Source of the DNA: Flagellimonas marina
Lineage (GTDB): Bacteria > Bacteroidota > Bacteroidia > Flavobacteriales > Flavobacteriaceae
NCBI RefSeq assembly: GCF_042651185.1
Contig: NZ_JBHSCL010000002.1
Coordinates: forward strand, 1-32,000
DNA length: 32,000 bases
Direction: 5' to 3'
In this document: positions 24,417 through 32,000 of the stretch, in pieces
How positions within the stretch are numbered: the first letter of the stretch is position 1
Layout: each line of letters begins with the position of its first letter
Notes under the pieces: model-generated
Database searches by the model: none
What the model was told of the DNA's origin: nothing
What the model saw: only the letters and a program-made list of their open reading frames with translations
Translations under genes and position numbers: made by a program

Positions 24417-25520
24417 ATGGATAAGAGTACCATCCGGTTTTCAAGAAAGGATTCTGCACAATTTTTCAGAACCTTGAACAAAAGAGTAAACGAATACTTC
24501 AACGAAAATGAAATAAAGAAAACTGGGAACTGGAAACTTCACTTGAAAACCATAGTGATGTTCGCCATCTTTTTGACCCCCTACTTTTTGATTTTAACCC
24601 TTCACCTACCCTTTTGGGCCTACCTATTGCTCTCCATTACCATGGGCGTGGGCATGGCCGGAGTGGGCATGAATGTCATGCATGATGGCAATCACGGTTC
24701 CTATTCCAATAAAAAATGGGTGAACAAAATCATGGGTAGCAGTATTTATATTTTGGCAGGAAATGTATATAACTGGCAAGTTCAACACAATGTATTGCAC
24801 CATACTTACACCAATATCCACGAACATGACGAGGATATGGAAGCCGGCAGGATTTTGCGTTTCTCAAAACATGCCGAATGGCGCAAACATCATAAATTTC
24901 AACATTTTTACTCCATTTTTCTCTACGGATTGCTCACCTTCAATTGGGCTATCACTACGGATTTCCAGCAAATGTACCGCTACATGAAGCGTAAGTTGAG
25001 CTATGGAAAACTACCCAATCCCGTTATTAACTGGAGCACTTTGGTAATTACTAAAATCATCTATTTGACCATTTGGATCGTACTCCCCATGATTTTTGGA
25101 GGCGTAGCATGGTGGCAGGTACTACTTGGCTTTTTTATTATGCACTATGTGGCCGGTGTAATTTTGAGCGTAGTATTCCAATTGGCACATATTGTTGATG
25201 ATGCCGAACAACCTTTGCCTGATGATGCAGGCAACATGAAGAATACATGGGCCATCCACCAATTGTTCACCACCGTAAATTTTGGCACAAAAAACAAGAT
25301 TGTAAACTGGTTTACGGGCGGGCTAAACCATCAGGTAGAGCACCATATTTTCCCAAATATCAGCCACATACACTACACAAAAATTTCCAAAATTGTGAAA
25401 CAGACGGCACGGGAATTTAATTTGCCCTACAACGAGTATAAAACTACCAGAAAAGCTATAATTTCGCACTTCAAACATTTGAAGGAATTGGGAAAAAACC
25501 CGGCACTTCAGTACCAGTAA
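24417..25520 (+). CDS. Membrane fatty-acid (acyl-lipid/acyl-CoA) desaturase
   Basis: Three histidine boxes (HDGNHGS, HNVLHHTYTN, HQVEHHIFP) and four or more TM helices. ATG 24417 (MDKSTIRF..) is preferred to the TTG 24390 start of the ORF track. Confidence 0.85.
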   Translation: MDKSTIRFSRKDSAQFFRTLNKRVNEYFNENEIKKTGNWKLHLKTIVMFAIFLTPYFLILTLHLPFWAYLLLSITMGVGMAGVGMNVMHDGNHGSYSNKKWVNKIMGSSIYILAGNVYNWQVQHNVLHHTYTNIHEHDEDMEAGRILRFSKHAEWRKHHKFQHFYSIFLYGLLTFNWAITTDFQQMYRYMKRKLSYGKLPNPVINWSTLVITKIIYLTIWIVLPMIFGGVAWWQVLLGFFIMHYVAGVILSVVFQLAHIVDDAEQPLPDDAGNMKNTWAIHQLFTTVNFGTKNKIVNWFTGGLNHQVEHHIFPNISHIHYTKISKIVKQTAREFNLPYNEYKTTRKAIISHFKHLKELGKNPALQYQ

Positions 25521-25533
25521 AATAGCAAAATCG

Positions 25534-26721
25534 ATGAGCAACCATTTATCTGACAGGATTCAGAACATGTCCACGTCAGCAACTTTGGCCATGGCGGCCA
25601 AAGCCAGGGAATTACGAAATGAAGGAAAGGATATCATTGGCTTGAGTTTGGGAGAACCCGACTTTAATATTCCTGATTTTATAAAGGATGCAGCAAAGCA
25701 AGCCATTGATGACAATTATAGCAGCTACACCCCAGTTGATGGCTACGCCGAGTTGAAAAAGGCCATCACCCTTAAATTTAAACGAGACAATAACTTGGAT
25801 TATGGTCCAAGCCAAATTGTAGTGTCCTCAGGAGCAAAACAATCCTTGTTCAATGTGGCCATGGTAGTATTGAATCCCGGTGATGAAGTAATTCTTCCCG
25901 CCCCATATTGGGTAAGTTATAGCGATATTGTAAAGTTGGCGGAAGGTGTTCCCGTTGAAGTTCCAACAGGCATTGATACCGATTTTAAAATGACACCAGA
26001 ACAATTGGAAGCGGCCATTACCCCAAAAACACGTATGCTCTGGTTCAGTTCACCATGTAACCCCAGTGGCTCTGTGTACAGCAAAGCTGAATTGGAAGGT
26101 TTGGCAGAGGTATTGAAAAAACATCCAGACATTTATGTAGTTTCTGACGAAATCTATGAGCACATCAACTTCACCAAAGGTGGACATACCAGTATTGCAG
26201 GGATTGATGGGATGTACGACAGAACGGTTACCGTAAACGGCGTATCAAAAGCATTTGCCATGACCGGATGGCGAATTGGGTATATTGGAGCTCCTGAATG
26301 GATTGCCAAGGGTTGTACCAAATTACAAGGTCAGGTGACCAGTGGGGCCAATGCCATTGCACAACGCTCAGTGATCACTGCCTTGGAAGCGCCCGTGAGC
26401 AAGATTCAGTATATGATAGACAAGTTCCATGAAAGAAGGGATTTGGTATTACAATTGTTGGGCGAAATTGAAGGGTTTAACCTTAACGTTCCCGAAGGTG
26501 CTTTTTATGTATTCCCGGACATCTCGGCTTTCTTTGGAAAGACCTTGAACGGAACAACGATCAACAATGCATCTGATTTTGCCCTATACCTGTTGGAACA
26601 TGCCAATGTGGCTACCGTAACCGGTGAAGCATTTGGAAATCCCAATTGCATCCGTATCTCATACGCAGCATCGGAAAAAGAGCTTAAAGAAGCCATTGCC
26701 AGGATCAAGGCGGTGGTTTAA
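25534..26721 (+). CDS. Pyridoxal-phosphate-dependent aspartate aminotransferase (class I)
   Basis: 395 aa with ..GLSLGEPDF..P, ..PAPYWVSY.., NPSG and the PLP-lysine motif SKAFAMTGWRIGY. Confidence 0.9.
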   Translation: MSNHLSDRIQNMSTSATLAMAAKARELRNEGKDIIGLSLGEPDFNIPDFIKDAAKQAIDDNYSSYTPVDGYAELKKAITLKFKRDNNLDYGPSQIVVSSGAKQSLFNVAMVVLNPGDEVILPAPYWVSYSDIVKLAEGVPVEVPTGIDTDFKMTPEQLEAAITPKTRMLWFSSPCNPSGSVYSKAELEGLAEVLKKHPDIYVVSDEIYEHINFTKGGHTSIAGIDGMYDRTVTVNGVSKAFAMTGWRIGYIGAPEWIAKGCTKLQGQVTSGANAIAQRSVITALEAPVSKIQYMIDKFHERRDLVLQLLGEIEGFNLNVPEGAFYVFPDISAFFGKTLNGTTINNASDFALYLLEHANVATVTGEAFGNPNCIRISYAASEKELKEAIARIKAVV

Positions 26722-26730
26722 GAGTGCGTC

Positions 26731-26805
26731 ATGCTGAACTTTGATTCAGCATCCCATTCTGTTCAGAAAGATGGGATGAGACCCTGAAACCAGTTCAGGG
26801 TGACG
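26731..26805. repeat. Cluster of three REP-like hairpins
   Basis: ATGCTGAA-CTTTGA-TTCAGCAT (26731-52), CATCCCAT-N13-ATGGGATG (26750-78) and ACCCTGAA-ACCAG-TTCAGGGT (26781-801), followed by GAC. All are built around the TTCAG/CTGAA core. Confidence 0.6.
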
Positions 26806-26827
26806 ATTCAGAATAGATTCAGAATAG
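26806..26827. repeat. Perfect tandem duplication of the 11-mer ATTCAGAATAG
   Basis: Copies at 26806-16 and 26817-27 are identical. Confidence 0.9.
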
Positions 26828-26836
26828 TAAATAATG

Positions 26837-26873
26837 AAAAACCTCCTGAATACAATTTTTGGAGGTTTTTTTT
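26837..26873. terminator. Bidirectional rho-independent terminator between the aminotransferase gene and trkH
   Basis: AAAAACCTCC-N14-GGAGGTTTTTTTT, with an A-run and a T-run on either side. The T-run overlaps the trkH stop codon. Confidence 0.7.
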
Positions 26874-28362
26874 ATGTCTTTTTCCAGAAATAGGGCGTTA
26901 GGATAATCAGAACGGTAAACAGTTCCAATCGCCCTAATAACATCAAGAATCCACACCACCATTTTCCAGCATCGGGAAGACTATCATAATTGCTCACGGG
27001 ATTTAAGCTACCAAAAGCCGGTCCAACATTTCCCAAAGAAGAGGCCGCGCCTCCAACCGCTGAGATAAAATCAAGTCCCAAGAAGCCCAGCACCAAAGAC
27101 CCTATGATAAAAAGTAGCATGTACAGCACAAAAAAAGCGATCACGTTGTACACGATATGCTCTGAAACCGTCTTTTGATTATACCGAACGGGAATAATTG
27201 CGTTGGGATGCAAGGTTCGTTTAAACTCTAAAATGCCATTTTTGATGATAATCAAATGGCGCATCACCTTAATTCCACCTGCGGTAGAACCAGCAGAACC
27301 GCCCAAAAACATCAATCCAAAGAAAAAGACGGTCAAAAAAGGCGTCCAAGAAGTAAAATCCGAAGTCACAAAACCTGTAGTGGTGACCACTGCTATGACT
27401 TGAAAAAGAGAGTGCCTAAATGCACTTTCTACTCTTCCCCAGACCATTGGGTGAAATTCCGAAACAACTACATCCGCTTTGTAGTAGATGCCCAAAGCCA
27501 CTAAAATGGAAAAAATGGCTATAAAGCCAAAATAGTACTTAAACTCTTCGTCTTTTAGGATGCGCTGCACCCTTCTAGTGAAGGCAAAATAGCTGAGTAC
27601 AAAATTGCTTCCCGCCAAAAACATAAAAACAATAATGATGTATTGTATCAAGGGTTCGTTGTTCCAAAAAGCCAAACTGGCATTCTTGGTGGAAAACCCC
27701 CCGGTAGACATGGTAGCCAACGAATGGTTGATGGCATCGAAAAACGTCATACCAGCCAATCTCAGCAATAGGGTCTCCAAGACGGTGTATCCAAAATAAA
27801 TCAACCACAGTCGTTTTGCAGTGTCCGTAATCCTGGGATGTAATTTATCACCTCCTGGACCGGGTGCTTCAGCCGCAAACAACTGCATTCCCCCAATGCC
27901 CAGCAATGGAAGAATGGCAATGGCCAAAACAATAATACCCATCCCCCCAATCCAATGGGTAAGGCTCCTCCAAAGGAGAATACCTTCAGGAAGGGATTCA
28001 ATATCGTTTAAAATGGAAGCCCCAGTAGTGGTATATCCAGAAATTGTTTCAAAAAATGCATCGGTAATGGAAGGAATTGAACCTGAAAAAAGATAAGGCA
28101 ACATCCCAGAAATGGACATCACAATCCATCCAAACGTCACTACGATATAACCCTCTTTACGCTTTACTTCCTTTTTATGGCCTCGGGTGTAGAACATGGC
28201 CATCATACCAAAAAGCATGGTAACAATCGCTGCCAGGGTTATGTCCAAAGTAGCACCATCCTTAAAGATACCACTGGCAAAAGCTGCCAAAAGCATAAAA
28301 GAGCCATTGCACAGGAGCAAAAGACCCATAATATGGATGATAATACGCGTGTTGAGTCTCAT
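26872..28362 (-). CDS. trkH: TrkH-family potassium uptake membrane protein
   Basis: 496 aa polytopic protein with repeated selectivity-filter-like segments (TTTGASI, MSTGGFST, TTTGF, SSLGNVGP). Confidence 0.9.
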   Translation of the reverse strand: MRLNTRIIIHIMGLLLLCNGSFMLLAAFASGIFKDGATLDITLAAIVTMLFGMMAMFYTRGHKKEVKRKEGYIVVTFGWIVMSISGMLPYLFSGSIPSITDAFFETISGYTTTGASILNDIESLPEGILLWRSLTHWIGGMGIIVLAIAILPLLGIGGMQLFAAEAPGPGGDKLHPRITDTAKRLWLIYFGYTVLETLLLRLAGMTFFDAINHSLATMSTGGFSTKNASLAFWNNEPLIQYIIIVFMFLAGSNFVLSYFAFTRRVQRILKDEEFKYYFGFIAIFSILVALGIYYKADVVVSEFHPMVWGRVESAFRHSLFQVIAVVTTTGFVTSDFTSWTPFLTVFFFGLMFLGGSAGSTAGGIKVMRHLIIIKNGILEFKRTLHPNAIIPVRYNQKTVSEHIVYNVIAFFVLYMLLFIIGSLVLGFLGLDFISAVGGAASSLGNVGPAFGSLNPVSNYDSLPDAGKWWCGFLMLLGRLELFTVLIILTPYFWKKT

Positions 28363-29711
28363 TACAGGAACAACTTTTCAATCCTTGGGATGGCCTTGGG
28401 CAAACAACATACAACTACTTTGTCTCCTTCTTTAATTCTAAAGTCACCCAGTGCGATGATGCCTTCACCATTTCGGATGACCCCACCAATGCTTGCCTCC
28501 CGTGGAAAGTTTAATTCCTTGATAATCTCACCATTCACAAGTGAAGAAGCTTTTACCTCAAACTCCAAAATCTCAGCATTGAGGTTGTTCAATCGGGTCA
28601 AGGCCAACACCTCACCTTTTCGGATGTATCGGAAAATACTGTTCGCTGCAAGCAGTTTTTTATTGATGAGCGTATCCACACCAATGGAATGCGACAGCTG
28701 AAAATAATCCATGTTCTCCACCAAAGCGATAGTCTTTTTTATTTTTTTGGACTTGGCCACCAAACAGGACATGATGTTGGTCTCTGAATTTCCGGTAACG
28801 GCAATAAATGCATCCATGGATTCCAAGCTCTCTTCTTCCAGAAGCTCTACATTGCGTCCATCTCCATTAATGACAAGGGCATGGGGCAGTTCATCCGCAA
28901 TATCAAAAGCCTTTTCCTTGTTTTTTTCGATGAGTTTTACATTGAAACGCTTGTTGCACAGGTCACGAGCCGTTTTAAAACCTACCTTACTGCCACCGAG
29001 CACCATCACATTTTTGATTTCCTGCTTCTGCATTCCAGTAAGTTTGTACAATTCTTCCACACCCTTATCCGAGGTAATGAAGTATACCTGATCGCCTTCT
29101 TTAAAGACAGTATCCCCACGAGGAATCAAGGTGTATTGTGTTCCCATTCGTTGTAAGGCAATGGGCATAAAGTGCAATTCTGGAAAAATACGGGCGGCCT
29201 CTTTTACCATTTTGCCCACGAAGGGTGCAGTCCTTGGGAGGATAACTCCGAACATGGTCAATAAACCACCTTCAAACTCATACGTGTCGTTAAAAGCTGA
29301 CTGGTTGAGCATTAACTGGATTTCCATCGCGGCCAGGCGTTCTGGTGAAATGAGTTCATCGATACCCAAATCTTGAAACCGCAAAGATTCGCGGTTGTCC
29401 ATGAATTCCGTGTTTGAAATTCGGGCAATGGTACGCTTACAGCCCAACTGCTTTGCCAAAAAACAAAGGGTGATGTTGGTGGTTTCCGATGCGGTCACCC
29501 CAATAACCAGTTCTGAGGAATCCACTTGGGCATCCCGTAGCACTTGTATGGACGTGGCATCACCACGGAGCACTCGAATATCCAAATGGGTATCTGCATA
29601 GGCCAAACTCTCCTTGTCCGTGTCAATCAATGTAATATCCTGTGCTTCATACGACAAAAGTTTTGCCAAATGAAACCCTACCTCACCTGCTCCTGCAATT
29701 ATGATTTTCAT
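28362..29711 (-). CDS. trkA: Trk system potassium uptake protein TrkA (two RCK/NAD-binding modules)
   Basis: 449 aa with MKIIIAGAGEVGFHLA and VMVLGGSKVGF Rossmann motifs. Its stop overlaps the trkH start (TAATG). Confidence 0.9.
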   Translation of the reverse strand: MKIIIAGAGEVGFHLAKLLSYEAQDITLIDTDKESLAYADTHLDIRVLRGDATSIQVLRDAQVDSSELVIGVTASETTNITLCFLAKQLGCKRTIARISNTEFMDNRESLRFQDLGIDELISPERLAAMEIQLMLNQSAFNDTYEFEGGLLTMFGVILPRTAPFVGKMVKEAARIFPELHFMPIALQRMGTQYTLIPRGDTVFKEGDQVYFITSDKGVEELYKLTGMQKQEIKNVMVLGGSKVGFKTARDLCNKRFNVKLIEKNKEKAFDIADELPHALVINGDGRNVELLEEESLESMDAFIAVTGNSETNIMSCLVAKSKKIKKTIALVENMDYFQLSHSIGVDTLINKKLLAANSIFRYIRKGEVLALTRLNNLNAEILEFEVKASSLVNGEIIKELNFPREASIGGVIRNGEGIIALGDFRIKEGDKVVVCCLPKAIPRIEKLFL

Positions 29712-29880
29712 CGATTAAAATAAGATGTGTTCTTGAATACGTTCAATCTGTGTGCTACAAATGATAAAAGAATAGTGGTCGGGACCTAAACAACATATTT
29801 TTAACAACATACGGAAGGATGTCCCATTGCTGAGCAAAATTACACAAATATTTTTGTCCACCTCCCATATTGCTAAATTG

Positions 29881-29888
29881 TATATTTG
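29881..29888 (+). promoter_or_regulatory. -7 box TATATTTG for ubiE/menG
   Basis: Exact TAnnTTTG, 16 nt upstream of ATG 29905. Confidence 0.45.
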
Positions 29889-29904
29889 CCAACAAATTCT
29901 ATTG

Positions 29905-30633
29905 ATGTCAAAAAAAGTTACGCCTTACAAGGAGTCACAGCTTGGAAAAAAGGAACAAGTACGCCAAATGTTCGACACCATTTCCAAAAATTATGATGGT
30001 CTCAACCGCGTCATTTCCTTTGGAATAGACCTAAAGTGGCGTAAGCGAATGGTGAAACTGCTCAAGGTAAAAGCTCCCAAAACCGTATTGGACATAGCCA
30101 CGGGAACAGGGGATTTGGCCATTGCCATGACCCAGACCGGGGCTGAAAAAATCATTGGTCTGGATATTTCCCCCGGCATGCTGGAAGTTGGTAAGGAAAA
30201 AATAGTGGACAAAAACCTGCAGGATACCATAGAAATGGTGGTGGGCGACAGTGAGGATCTACCTTTTGAAGACAACTCTTTTGATGCGGTTACGGTTGCC
30301 TTCGGCGTGCGAAACTTTGAGAATCTGGAAAAGGGACTGGCTGAAATCTACCGTGTATTGAAACCAACAGGCACCTTTATGGTCTTGGAAACTTCCGTGC
30401 CCACAAAAACCCCTTTTAAACAAGGATATAGTTTTTATTGTAACCATATTCTTCCCACCATTGGTAAAATCTTTTCAAAAGACCGTTCGGCCTACGCATA
30501 TTTGAGTGAATCTGCATCTGTTTTTCCACATGGTGAAGCCTTCAACAATATTTTGGCCAAAATTGGGTTTATAGGAATAGAGAACAAACCCCAGACATTT
30601 GGAGTTGCCTCCATTTATGTCGCCACAAAATAG
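29905..30633 (+). CDS. ubiE: Demethylmenaquinone / ubiquinone-menaquinone biosynthesis C-methyltransferase
   Basis: Motifs V..MFD.IS..YD.LN...SFG.D..WR and VLDIATGTGDLA plus a SAM motif. ATG 29905 (MSKKVTPYK..) is preferred to the TTG 29827 start of the ORF track. Confidence 0.9.
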   Translation: MSKKVTPYKESQLGKKEQVRQMFDTISKNYDGLNRVISFGIDLKWRKRMVKLLKVKAPKTVLDIATGTGDLAIAMTQTGAEKIIGLDISPGMLEVGKEKIVDKNLQDTIEMVVGDSEDLPFEDNSFDAVTVAFGVRNFENLEKGLAEIYRVLKPTGTFMVLETSVPTKTPFKQGYSFYCNHILPTIGKIFSKDRSAYAYLSESASVFPHGEAFNNILAKIGFIGIENKPQTFGVASIYVATK

Positions 30634-30637
30634 ATTA

Positions 30638-31333
30638 ATGAAAAACGTCTTTCTTCTGTTCAGCTTGCTGTTGGCATGCACAACTTCCTTGGCACAGTTC
30701 ACCGATGATCATATCCTTAATCTTCAGACCGAGGATAAGAAGTTCTTGAATTGGGGATATTACTTGGGCTTCAATCAATATGATTTTCAATTTGAATACA
30801 AGAATGATATTGGTCGTGATATTTTGGTCGATAAAAGCCTTGGATTCAATGTAGGCTTGATCGGAGAAATGCGTATCAATGACTATTTGGACACCCGTTT
30901 TGAGCCAGGCTTGTTGTACACCGCCAGAACTCTGGGCTTTCCCGGGTTTACCAGTCAAGCTGATGCATTGCGAGAAGTGCGGTCCACTTATATTCGTTTT
31001 CCATTGTTGCTGAAGGTCAGTGCCAAGCGTTTTGGCAACTGGAAACCCTTTATTGAAGGTGGCGTTTACACTTCATTGAATTTAGGGAGCAAAGAAGATA
31101 GCTTAGACGATAACAGCAGTGGTGAATTCCGGATGAAAAAGAACGTGTACGGGTACGAACTGGGTTTTGGTATCGATTTTTACACCGAATACTTCAAGTT
31201 CACACCCTCTATTCGTGGTGTTTTTGCCCTTTCTGATGAGTTGGTTCCCGATGAAGACCCCAACAGTCCCTGGACCGGAAACATCAATGCCATGCGCACC
31301 AGAGGGATTTTTATCAATTTTACGTTTGAGTAG
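30638..31333 (+). CDS. PorT/SprT-like outer-membrane beta-barrel protein
   Basis: 231 aa with signal peptide MKNVFLLFSLLLACTTSLAQ, alternating hydrophobic beta-strand pattern and an aromatic C-terminus (INFTFE). I recall that porT follows ubiE in Bacteroidetes. ATG 30638 preferred to 30599. Confidence 0.55.
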   Translation: MKNVFLLFSLLLACTTSLAQFTDDHILNLQTEDKKFLNWGYYLGFNQYDFQFEYKNDIGRDILVDKSLGFNVGLIGEMRINDYLDTRFEPGLLYTARTLGFPGFTSQADALREVRSTYIRFPLLLKVSAKRFGNWKPFIEGGVYTSLNLGSKEDSLDDNSSGEFRMKKNVYGYELGFGIDFYTEYFKFTPSIRGVFALSDELVPDEDPNSPWTGNINAMRTRGIFINFTFE

Positions 31334-31338
31334 CGTTA

Positions 31339-31471
31339 GATAGTTGGATAGTTGGATAGTTGGATAGTTGGATAGTTGGATAGTTGGATAGTTGGATAGT
31401 TGGATAGTTGGATAGTTGGATAGTTGGATAGTTGGATAGTTGGATAGTTGGATAGTTGGATAGTTGGATAG
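31339..31471. repeat. Perfect tandem repeat (GATAGTTG) x 16 plus a 5-nt partial copy
   Basis: Counted directly: 16 identical octamers from 31339 to 31466, then GATAG. It lies between the convergent 3' ends of the porT-like gene (stop 31333) and the TrmH-family gene (stop 31519). Confidence 0.98.
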
Positions 31472-31518
31472 CAAAATTCAAAAAATCCTATCGTCCAAAA
31501 ATCGAAAAATCCAGAGGT

Positions 31519-32000
31519 TTACCGTCTTATTTCATTCAGAAGAATAGCCGTTGCCGTGGCCACATTGAGGCTTTCCGCAGTGGGTTCACCAAATTGGGGA
31601 ATTGCAATACGCTCGTTGATATATTCGGCAACCGCGGGTGATATACCATTGGCTTCATTACCCATCACCAAAATACCACTAGTTGTAAGTTCTTTTGCGT
31701 ACACAGATACCCCGTCCATAAAAGCACCAAAAACCGGTAGCTTTGAATTTTTCAGATACGCTTCAAGTTTTAGGTAGGCAATATTTACACGAGCAATGGA
31801 ACCCATTGTGGCTTGCAGCACTTTTGGATTGTAACAATCCACCGTATCCTCAGAACATACCAAATTTTTTATGCCAAACCAATCGCACAGCCGTATGATT
31901 GTTCCCAGGTTTCCGGGATCTCGAACCGCATCCAGTGCCAAAATCCAATCAGAATCATCTATTTTTTTGGTTTCGGGCATGTAAAAAACGCCCAGCACGC
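31519..32000 (-). CDS. TrmH/SpoU-family RNA 2'-O-methyltransferase (N-terminus beyond window end)
   Basis: LDAVRDPGNLGTIIR, VMGNEANGIS and IPQFG..ESLNVATATAILL motifs of the SpoU methylase domain. The reading frame is still open at nt 32000. Confidence 0.8.
   Translation of the reverse strand, partial: VLGVFYMPETKKIDDSDWILALDAVRDPGNLGTIIRLCDWFGIKNLVCSEDTVDCYNPKVLQATMGSIARVNIAYLKLEAYLKNSKLPVFGAFMDGVSVYAKELTTSGILVMGNEANGISPAVAEYINERIAIPQFGEPTAESLNVATATAILLNEIRR

Noticed and set aside
28177-28701. 174-aa plus-strand ORF spanning the trkH/trkA junction, and other antisense ORFs in trkH/trkA (26990-29601)
   Set aside because: They are antisense to two strongly supported, translationally coupled genes and have a Ser/Pro/Lys-rich junk-like composition.
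29712-29904. Riboswitch or leader structure upstream of trkA (for example a c-di-AMP-type K+ transporter riboswitch)
   Set aside because: I saw no extended conserved-looking stem architecture. The only feature is a possible -7 box (reverse complement of 29835-42) 123 nt upstream. This cannot be excluded without a covariance-model scan.
31339-31471. Possible CRISPR array
   Set aside because: The repeat unit is only 8 bp with no spacers, and there are no cas genes in the window. It is a simple tandem repeat.
31103-31474. 123-aa minus-strand ORF with (LSNYPTIQ)n repeats
   Set aside because: It is simply the translation of the 8-bp tandem repeat (24-nt periodicity), running on antisense into the porT-like gene. 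It shows no independent coding signal.

Overview
This window reads as a core-chromosome segment of a Flavobacteriia (Bacteroidota) genome, probably a marine Flavobacteriaceae. Supporting signs are moderate GC content, a T9SS type-B C-terminal sorting domain, TAnnTTTG -7 promoter boxes close to start codons, and REP-like intergenic hairpins ending in GGTGAC. About 30 tightly packed genes are supported. The centrepiece is a complete Na+-translocating NADH:quinone reductase operon, nqrABCDEF, on the minus strand (9298-15386). It is followed by a hairpin, an unassigned 119-aa ORF and the flavin transferase gene apbE. Other genes are gpmI, map, a GxxExxY protein, a SAM methyltransferase, M15 and M48 peptidases, a secreted ankyrin protein, a DUF5103-like protein, a DUF3667-like protein, apaG, pruA, a creatininase-family protein, a GlxA/AraC regulator, a secreted DJ-1/PfpI protein, rsmG, a fatty-acid desaturase, an aspartate aminotransferase, trkA-trkH, ubiE/menG, a PorT-like beta-barrel and a TrmH-family methyltransferase cut by the window end. 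I found no rRNA, tRNA, CRISPR array, transposase, integrase or recognisable defence gene, so I cannot point to a clear-cut novel multi-gene system. The observations most worth a second look are these: (1) the unknown ORF wedged between nqrF and apbE and translationally coupled to apbE; (2) the GxxExxY gene bracketed by a 13-bp perfect inverted repeat that also supplies the next gene's GTG start; (3) the creatininase/GlxA/secreted Cys-rich DJ-1 cluster with a candidate operator and a multiply frameshifted tandem paralogue relic; (4) a perfect 8-bp x 16.6 tandem repeat between convergent genes; (5) clustered REP-like hairpins. All functional calls rest on motifs read by eye from the translations. 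No database search was run.
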